Source of the DNA: an uncultured virus (IMG/VR IMGVR_UViG_3300025655_005747)
Lineage: Duplodnaviria > Heunggongvirae > Uroviricota > Caudoviricetes
Strand: one strand, 5' to 3'
DNA: 20,000 nucleotides
Virus record (IMG/VR): IMGVR_UViG_3300025655_005747
Both the position numbers and the translations under genes were made by a program. The notes beneath the pieces are model-generated. The model did no database searches, had not been told where the DNA came from, and worked only from the letters and a program-made list of their open reading frames with translations. Each line of letters starts with the position of its first letter. The stretch's first letter is position 1. Positions 10,902 to 16,548 of this stretch are shown piece after piece.

Positions 10902-12230
10902 ATGTCTTTCCGTAAGTTTGGCCCAAATGATATTGTGCTGAACACAATGAGGGCATTTCCACAAGTACGCTTTGACGTGTATAACTTCAAAGTATACTAC
11001 AATAACACGCCGCATCAATCGGGTGCCTTCTCGGATAATATACTTGGTATGTCGTCAAGTTTACCGGGCGCCACTCGCTCAGGTACTGACGGCGGCATCA
11101 GTCTGCACGAATATAATATAGATCGCAAAGGAACAACTACGTTACAACCTGATGGAACATTGATAACAACTGGACAAAACCCGCCGATAATTCCATATAT
11201 CACAAAAGATTCTGCTCGTGCCTCATTCAAAACCGTTGGTAAAACAAGTTACAACAATGAATTTCGCTATGGAGACACGCTGTATTCAGATTATCCGCTG
11301 ACTGCGTCTATAACGCGAGAGTTTATGTACCCTAACGCAGGTGCAAGAGAGTCTGTTTATAATACGTTTGATAGCGATAGAGAATTTTTAAGCGGTGGTG
11401 CTCCAGTATATCGTCATTTCTATGCACTCAAAAACAGACTTGATAGTTATGGTTACATGAGTCAGCATTATGTTGTTTCTTCCTCTCTTGGTTGGAACAA
11501 GGCAGAACAAACAATCAACATGATCAGCATCCCATCTATATTCTATGGCTCAAGAATACAGGAAGGTTCCGTATCTCTTAGATATTATGTTAGCGGAACA
11601 CTGCAAGCAGAGTTAAGAGACGCAAAAGAAAACGGAGAGTTGATACAGTACTCAGGAACTATGTCTTCTGCAAACGATGGAGACGTAGCGGGTGTGGTAC
11701 TTTATAACGAAGGTATCATTCTTCTTACGGGTTCTTGGGAAATAAATGACCAAGAACTGCCGTTAATTGATGGCGCCACCGGTGGAGATGTGGTAACTTC
11801 AAAGTGGATTTACTTCGGTGTCGGCGCTAATGATATTATTAAACCAAATGTGATCAACGCCGATTTTGCTTCAGCATCATTCGAGATATTGTTTAACGGA
11901 CAGACCGAGACACAAGTTCAAACAATGTTTGCGCACGCAAGAAGAGGCGAAGTAAACTACTCAAACAACCCAACGTTCTTACAGTATGGTCAGGATCAAT
12001 TGTTTACAACAAGTTCAATGGTATACGAAGAGAACCCAAACAGAAAAATAAAGAACACGGTGTCTTCTAGTTTCGCGACATTCGATGCGCCTTTCAAAAG
12101 ACAAGTATACATTTCCAGAGTCGGCATATACGACAAAGACAAAAACCTCATTGGAGTCGCAACGTTAGCCGATCCGATCTTAAAAGAAGAAGGTGATGAT
12201 TACACCTTTAAGTTGAAGTTAGATATATGA
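10902..12230 (+). CDS. Putative baseplate/tail structural protein (442 aa), paralog of 9808..10899
   Basis: C-terminal 'VNYSNNPTF...YISRVGIYDKDKNLIGVATLADPILK...FKLKLDI' aligns by eye with the upstream gene. It starts 2 nt after the upstream stop. Confidence 0.7.
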   Translation: MSFRKFGPNDIVLNTMRAFPQVRFDVYNFKVYYNNTPHQSGAFSDNILGMSSSLPGATRSGTDGGISLHEYNIDRKGTTTLQPDGTLITTGQNPPIIPYITKDSARASFKTVGKTSYNNEFRYGDTLYSDYPLTASITREFMYPNAGARESVYNTFDSDREFLSGGAPVYRHFYALKNRLDSYGYMSQHYVVSSSLGWNKAEQTINMISIPSIFYGSRIQEGSVSLRYYVSGTLQAELRDAKENGELIQYSGTMSSANDGDVAGVVLYNEGIILLTGSWEINDQELPLIDGATGGDVVTSKWIYFGVGANDIIKPNVINADFASASFEILFNGQTETQVQTMFAHARRGEVNYSNNPTFLQYGQDQLFTTSSMVYEENPNRKIKNTVSSSFATFDAPFKRQVYISRVGIYDKDKNLIGVATLADPILKEEGDDYTFKLKLDI

Positions 12231-12571
12231 AAATACCAATAATAATAGTTTCCCCAAAGTTCACAAAAGCAGTATCATGGGTTGTTGATGTAGCAGCCAT
12301 AACACTGTTTCCATTTATTATCAGCAAAGAAGAGATGTCGGAAGACACTTTGCGACACGAAAGCATACATATTGCTCAACAAAAAGAGTTACTTGTGATA
12401 TTCTTTTATTTGTTATATGGTTGGGACTACTTGAGAGGCTTCATGAAACACAAAGATAAAGAACTGGCTTATCGCAGGATCCGCTTTGAGCAAGAAGCGT
12501 ATGCACAAGAAGCAAACAAAAGTTATTTAGAAAACAGAAAACCATATAGTTGGCGTAAATACAAGGTATAA
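12227..12571 (+). CDS. Small HExxH (zincin-like) putative metallopeptidase with a hydrophobic helix
   Basis: 'TLRHESIHIAQQ' (HExxH) is followed by the hydrophobic 'LLVIFFYLLY' and a downstream 'FEQEAY' candidate third ligand. ATGA overlap with the upstream gene. Confidence 0.65.
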   Translation: MKIPIIIVSPKFTKAVSWVVDVAAITLFPFIISKEEMSEDTLRHESIHIAQQKELLVIFFYLLYGWDYLRGFMKHKDKELAYRRIRFEQEAYAQEANKSYLENRKPYSWRKYKV

Positions 12572-12572
12572 A

Positions 12573-13142
12573 ATGGTTTTAGGAATAGATGTAAGCACAA
12601 GCATTACAGGCTTTGCTGTTGTCGCAGATGGTCAGTTGGTTCATTATGACTCAATTGACCTGAGAAAGCACAAAAATGTTTTTGATAAAGCAATAGCAAT
12701 GAAAGAAAAGATACTAGACTTATACGAGATGTATCAACTGAGTAATGACGAAGACTATTCAGTTGCTCTTGGGGAGTCAAAATATCCAATACAGCACATT
12801 TACATCGAACAGCCATTCACATTCTTTAACTCTGGCGGCTCTTCTGCTGCAACAATGGCTACGTTACAGAAGTTTAACGGCATTGTTTCTTGGATTGTGT
12901 ATGAGGTGTTCGAGATTCGCCCAGAATACATCGGAGCGACTGCTGCCCGTAAGGAGGTCGGCATTAAAGTTCCGAGAGGTCAGAAGGCAAAACAAGTGGT
13001 GTTAGAACACTTATTAGAAAACGAGCCGGCATTTAAAATAGAATATACCAAGCAAGGCAATCCAAAGCCAGAGTCTTACGACAGAGCAGATGCAATTGTG
13101 ATAGCACACGCTGGATATAAAACAGAAACAAAAACTTCTTGA
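12573..13142 (+). CDS. ruvC: RuvC-like Holliday junction resolvase (RNase H fold)
   Basis: N-terminal 'VLGIDVSTSITGFAVV', central 'IYIEQPF' and C-terminal 'YDRADAIVIA' give the D-E-D-D catalytic arrangement of the RuvC family. Confidence 0.8.
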   Translation: MVLGIDVSTSITGFAVVADGQLVHYDSIDLRKHKNVFDKAIAMKEKILDLYEMYQLSNDEDYSVALGESKYPIQHIYIEQPFTFFNSGGSSAATMATLQKFNGIVSWIVYEVFEIRPEYIGATAARKEVGIKVPRGQKAKQVVLEHLLENEPAFKIEYTKQGNPKPESYDRADAIVIAHAGYKTETKTS

Positions 13143-13167
13143 CAGCACAGCCTTTGTGTGTTATAGT
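13139..13167 (+). promoter_or_regulatory. sigma70-type promoter TTGACA-N17-TATAGT with extended -10 (TG)
   Basis: TTGACA at 13139-13144, 17-nt spacer, TG at 13159-13160, TATAGT at 13162-13167. It lies upstream of AGGAG and ATG13198. Confidence 0.75.
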
Positions 13168-13197
13168 TTAAGTGACTTTTCATCAGTAGGAGAAAAA

Positions 13198-13758
13198 ATG
13201 AAAGTACAAAATGGAAATAGTGTTAGTGTCCACTATCGAGGAACACTTAGTGATGGTACTGAATTTGACAACTCGAAGACTAGAGGACAAACTCTTAATT
13301 TCCAAGTTGGTTCAGGACAAATGATTGCCGGTTTTGACGCCGCGCTTGTTGGTATGTCTATCGGAGACGTAAAGAGCGTTAGTTTGAGTGCCGACGAAGC
13401 ATATGGGCAACACCAACCAGAGGCAGTGCAACCAGTTCCACGAGGAGCATTCCCACCAGAGTTTGAGTTTTTGGTTGGCGAAGTTGTCCAAGGCAACGGT
13501 CCACAGGGTCCATTTCTCGCTAGGATCTTGGAGGAGCGCGAAGAAGAGGTCGTTCTTGACTTCAACCACCCACTTGCGGGCGAAGATCTCAACTTTGAGA
13601 TTGAACTTTTGGCGGTCAATGGCAGCGAAACCACTGACACCACTTGGAATCCAAGTATGAAGAAGGCTGAACTGCTCGATGTAGCGAAGGGTCTTGGGCT
13701 TGATGTTAACACCAAGTCTACAAAGGCACAAATCATCGAAGCACTTGAAGCACAATAA
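13198..13758 (+). CDS. FKBP-type peptidyl-prolyl isomerase (SlyD/SlpA type with insert-in-flap domain) fused to a C-terminal HeH/Rho_N-like domain
   Basis: Motifs 'VSVHYRGTLSDGTEFDNS', 'GSGQMIAGFDAAL', 'EAYG' and 'LDFNHPLAGEDLNFEIEL'. Tail 'MKKAELLDVAKGLGLDVNTKSTKAQIIEAL'. Start placed at ATG13198 (AGGAG upstream) because the track's GTG13156 lies inside the promoter. Confidence 0.92.
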   Translation: MKVQNGNSVSVHYRGTLSDGTEFDNSKTRGQTLNFQVGSGQMIAGFDAALVGMSIGDVKSVSLSADEAYGQHQPEAVQPVPRGAFPPEFEFLVGEVVQGNGPQGPFLARILEEREEEVVLDFNHPLAGEDLNFEIELLAVNGSETTDTTWNPSMKKAELLDVAKGLGLDVNTKSTKAQIIEALEAQ

Positions 13759-13782
13759 ACGTAACAATCTGCTGCAACCGCG

Positions 13783-13820
13783 AGCGCCTCTCTGATGTTT
13801 ACACACGGAGGGGCGCTTTT
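13783..13820 (+). terminator. Rho-independent terminator downstream of the FKBP gene
   Basis: AGCGCCTCTCTG (13783-13794) pairs with CGGAGGGGCGCT (13806-13817): 12 bp including two G-U pairs, with a T run at 13817-13820. Confidence 0.7.
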
Positions 13821-13822
13821 AC

Positions 13823-13851
13823 TTGACACCACTTTGAGTATGTGATTTAGT
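13823..13851 (+). promoter_or_regulatory. Possible sigma70-type promoter TTGACA-N17-TTTAGT (imperfect -10, extended TG)
   Basis: TTGACA at 13823-13828, TG at 13843-13844, TTTAGT at 13846-13851. The -10 lacks the conserved second-position A. Confidence 0.45.
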
Positions 13852-13882
13852 AAGAAAATTAGTATTTTATGGGTTTGTGATT

Positions 13883-13891
13883 GCTATTTAC
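13883..13891 (+). promoter_or_regulatory. Candidate late-promoter motif GCTATTTAC upstream of the homing endonuclease
   Basis: 15 nt upstream of ATG13907 and followed by SD GAGAGG, the same geometry as at 4247 and 8744. Confidence 0.5.
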
Positions 13892-13903
13892 TACTGAGAG
13901 GTA

Positions 13904-14491
13904 ATTATGAAAAAATCAGTTATATGTGGCATTTATATGATTCGCAATAAAAAAAATAATAAAGTTTACATTGGAAGTTCCAACGATATTGCACGCCGAT
14001 GGCGCCATCACAGGTCGTGCTTAAAGCGCGACACCCATGTTAATGCACATTTGCAACGTTCTTACAACAAACATGGAAAAGCAGCATTTGAATATATTGT
14101 TTTAAAGGAAGTGGTTCAGAGGGCGCTTCTGGAGGAAGAAAAGAAGTTTTTAATTTTACTTGACGCAGTGGTTCCAAGTGGGTATAATATTTCTAATGAA
14201 CCTATTGCGCCATTTACTGGTAAAAAACATACTAAATGTGCTCGAAAAAACCAAAGCACTAAAAACAGCGGACAGCAAAATTATTGGTATGGTAAAAAAT
14301 TAGAAGAAGAACATAATAGAAAAATTAGCAAGAGCAATAAAAGATATACCGATACTGAAGAAAAGAACTTTTATCTTCGTTATGAAAATGGCGAAACCCT
14401 TCAAGAAATAGCAAACGAACAAAAGGTCCACCCAACGACTATCAGGAGAGCAATCGATCGATACGAAAGATTTAAAGAATATTATGAAAAA
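13904..14491 (+). repeat. 11-nt direct repeat ATTATGAAAAA (13904-13914 and 14481-14491) spanning the start codons of the endonuclease and the primase
   Basis: Read directly from the sequence: GTA-ATTATGAAAAA-ATC and AAT-ATTATGAAAAA-CAA. Low complexity. Confidence 0.5.
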
Positions 14492-14539
14492 CAAGAAAGC
14501 TGCTCTGAAGATACTCCGTCAAGTTCTGGGACCCGATAA
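13907..14539 (+). CDS. Free-standing GIY-YIG homing endonuclease (NUMOD3-like repeats plus C-terminal HTH)
   Basis: 'CGIYMIRNKKNNKVYIGSS..IARRW..H' (GIY-YIG), a conserved Glu region 'LLEEE' and 'GYN'. NUMOD3-like 'FTGKKHT...' and 'WYGKKL.EEH..KIS'; HTH-like 'GETLQEIANEQKVHPTTIRRAI'. Confidence 0.9.
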   Translation: MKKSVICGIYMIRNKKNNKVYIGSSNDIARRWRHHRSCLKRDTHVNAHLQRSYNKHGKAAFEYIVLKEVVQRALLEEEKKFLILLDAVVPSGYNISNEPIAPFTGKKHTKCARKNQSTKNSGQQNYWYGKKLEEEHNRKISKSNKRYTDTEEKNFYLRYENGETLQEIANEQKVHPTTIRRAIDRYERFKEYYEKQESCSEDTPSSSGTR

Positions 14540-15428
14540 GATAACATCAAAAGATGAACATTATTTTAAATGCCCTGCGTGCGATCACCACAAGCGTAAA
14601 TTCGCTATTAATTTCACTAAAGGTGCTTATCATTGTTGGGTTTGCGATTATCGCGGTCGTAATATTAGGCGCGTTGTTAGAAGTTATGGTTCGTATAACC
14701 AACTACAGAAATGGGACTCAATATCGGAGCGAAGTGATCTTGAAAAATTTACTGAACTCTTTATGGAAACAGAGCGTACAGAAGACAAAAGCAAAGTGGA
14801 ACTCCCAGAAGAATTCACAAGCCTCTGCAAAGACTCCATCCCAGCCACCGGCACATATGCGCTCCGATATCTCCAAAAGCGAGGAGTAACAAAAGAAGAT
14901 ATTCTCAAGTGGAAGATCGGCTTCTGCTTTAGTGGAGAATATCGCAACAGAATTATTATACCTTCTTTTGATGCAGATGGCGACTGTAGCTACTTTATCG
15001 CCAGATCCTATACAGGTGATAGCTACAAGTATAAAAACCCGCCAGCGTCAAAAGATGTGGTGTTTAATGAACTATTTATTGACTGGAATAAAGACCTAAT
15101 ACTGGTCGAAGGAGTATTCGATGCCGTGGTTGCAGGAAATGCCGTCCCGATACTTGGCTCAACTTTACGTAAAGGATCAAATCTCTTGCGTCAAATCGTC
15201 AGAAATGACACCCCGATCTACATCGCCCTTGACCCAGACGCAGCAGAAAAAGAACGCCGGATTATTAAAATGCTGTTGGAGTACGATATCGAACTTTATA
15301 AGATCGATGTTTCGGGCTACGAAGACGTAGGCTCAATGCCCAAACAAGTGTTTGAGCAAAGAAAGAATAACGCAACCTTTATCGAGAGTGATAACTATTT
15401 ACTGCTAGACTTATTGTCTGCGGTATAA
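14484..15428 (+). CDS. dnaG: DNA primase (zinc-binding domain plus TOPRIM; DnaG/gp61-like)
   Basis: Zinc domain 'CPACDHH...YHCWVC'; 'YLQKRGVT', 'RIIIPS' and 'KYKNP'; TOPRIM 'LILVEGVFDAV' and 'IALDPDA'. Confidence 0.9.
   Translation: MKNKKAALKILRQVLGPDKITSKDEHYFKCPACDHHKRKFAINFTKGAYHCWVCDYRGRNIRRVVRSYGSYNQLQKWDSISERSDLEKFTELFMETERTEDKSKVELPEEFTSLCKDSIPATGTYALRYLQKRGVTKEDILKWKIGFCFSGEYRNRIIIPSFDADGDCSYFIARSYTGDSYKYKNPPASKDVVFNELFIDWNKDLILVEGVFDAVVAGNAVPILGSTLRKGSNLLRQIVRNDTPIYIALDPDAAEKERRIIKMLLEYDIELYKIDVSGYEDVGSMPKQVFEQRKNNATFIESDNYLLLDLLSAV
15394..15402 (+). promoter_or_regulatory. Candidate late-promoter motif ACTATTTAC within the primase 3' end, upstream of ORF 15431
   Basis: Matches the motif and lies 28 nt upstream of ATG15431, but it is inside coding sequence. 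Confidence 0.4.
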
Positions 15429-15430
15429 AG

Positions 15431-16399
15431 ATGCCTTATTACAAGCGAAATGAAAAATGCACCAACGCTTCTGGTGAACCCGGTAGTTTCGTGACCATCA
15501 AGAAAGACGGTGGAAAACGTCAGTGCTGGAAAAATAAAGCAGCCTTTGAGAGAGCCCAAGCCGCTAGACACGCCAAAGGAGTTGCAGAAAGAACAATGCG
15601 CATTACAGAGTCAAGGTTAAGAGAGATCATTCGCGAAGAAGCGGAGATCAGATATTTAAAGCAAACAATTTCCGAAGTAATTGATGAAATGAATCTAAAC
15701 CTGACGCAAGAACAACGTCAGTTATTAGAAGAAGACATTATAGACTCACTTAAAAAGGCAGCAAGAAAAGCAAGACTACCTCTTTTGGTTATGGCTGCGT
15801 TAGCATTTGGAAGCCAAGTAGCAGCAGACCTCCAAGACTACGAGGGTGTGGGCACCACAGTAGCGGCAGCACAAAAGATCAGCAATGCTATCAATGCTTC
15901 ACAGAACATTTCCCAAGCACGTGCAGACGCTATCGAAAAGGCAATTGAAGCCAGTGCTCGTGAAGGAGAGATCTCTGCCGACCTGCAAAAAGGTGTCAGC
16001 GCAGATACCGCTAAGGACATCGCGATGGACCGCTTAGAGACAGAGTTTGTACAGAAAGGCGCAGTAAAGAGCACCGGGCAAGCACAAGCAGGACCCGGCG
16101 GAGCCCAGTATTTGGTTTTCGTACCATACGACTCATTACCCGATGGATACAAGGACACATTTACCAGAGGTGCCGAAAAAGAGGATCTCAAGCAATACTA
16201 CCAGACAATGGATATACAAGATCTCAAAGACTTAGTTACTGACTTTAATTCTTGGGGCTCAGAAGGCTCGGGACAGTTCTATGATTCTGAAGTAGGCAAG
16301 CTTCTTCCTGCATCTTGGTCTATCGCATACAAAGCACTTCAAGATAAGACTGCCGAACGCGGCGCCAAAGGCAAAAGTCTTGCGAAAGAAAATGCTTGA
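15431..16399 (+). CDS. Hypothetical protein (322 aa), possibly capsid-packaged and proteolytically processed
   Basis: Basic N-terminal module with two Cys, then an amphipathic 'MRITESRLREIIREE' motif, then an internal basic+hydrophobic segment 'KKAARKARLPLLVMAALAFGSQVAA'. Confidence 0.8.
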   Translation: MPYYKRNEKCTNASGEPGSFVTIKKDGGKRQCWKNKAAFERAQAARHAKGVAERTMRITESRLREIIREEAEIRYLKQTISEVIDEMNLNLTQEQRQLLEEDIIDSLKKAARKARLPLLVMAALAFGSQVAADLQDYEGVGTTVAAAQKISNAINASQNISQARADAIEKAIEASAREGEISADLQKGVSADTAKDIAMDRLETEFVQKGAVKSTGQAQAGPGGAQYLVFVPYDSLPDGYKDTFTRGAEKEDLKQYYQTMDIQDLKDLVTDFNSWGSEGSGQFYDSEVGKLLPASWSIAYKALQDKTAERGAKGKSLAKENA

Positions 16400-16424
16400 C
16401 AGCCACATTTGGTAGTGATATGTT
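16396..16424 (+). promoter_or_regulatory. sigma70-type promoter TTGACA-N17-TATGTT with extended -10 (TG)
   Basis: TTGACA at 16396-16401, TG at 16416-16417, TATGTT at 16419-16424, followed by AAGGAGG at 16433-16439. Confidence 0.75.
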
Positions 16425-16444
16425 AAAAGCGTAAGGAGGGACTT

Positions 16445-16540
16445 ATGCAGAGTTATATTTTTAAAATACTAATTCTTCAAGTCAGTGTTCTATTAATTAG
16501 TTTTTGCAGTACCCTCTTTTTATGCAAAGCAATTAGTTAG
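16445..16540 (+). CDS. 31-aa hydrophobic small protein (MQSYIFKILILQVSVLLISFCSTLFLCKAIS), not in the ORF track
   Basis: SD AAGGAGG ends 5 nt before ATG16445; TAG at 16538-16540. It fills the gap between the promoter and GTG16549 and has one TM-length hydrophobic stretch. Confidence 0.55.
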   Translation: MQSYIFKILILQVSVLLISFCSTLFLCKAIS

Positions 16541-16548
16541 GAGAGTTT

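Noticed and set aside
13156..13197. GTG13156 start for the FKBP gene, as given in the ORF track
   Set aside because: It lies inside the -35/-10 spacer. ATG13198 has an AGGAG SD and matches the normal FKBP N-terminus.
13233..13832. 199-aa and 164-aa minus-strand ORFs opposite the FKBP gene
   Set aside because: They are antisense shadows of a well-supported gene, have no recognisable motifs and run through the terminator.
13759..13906. Possible group I intron, ncRNA or RBS-sequestering hairpin around the endonuclease
   Set aside because: FKBP and primase both look intact and the gap is explained by a terminator and promoters. Only a 6-bp TAGTAA/TTACTA pairing was seen, and it does not cover the SD.
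15071..15079. ACTATTTAT match inside the primase gene
   Set aside because: It is mid-gene with no suitable downstream start, so I treat it as a background hit to the candidate late motif.
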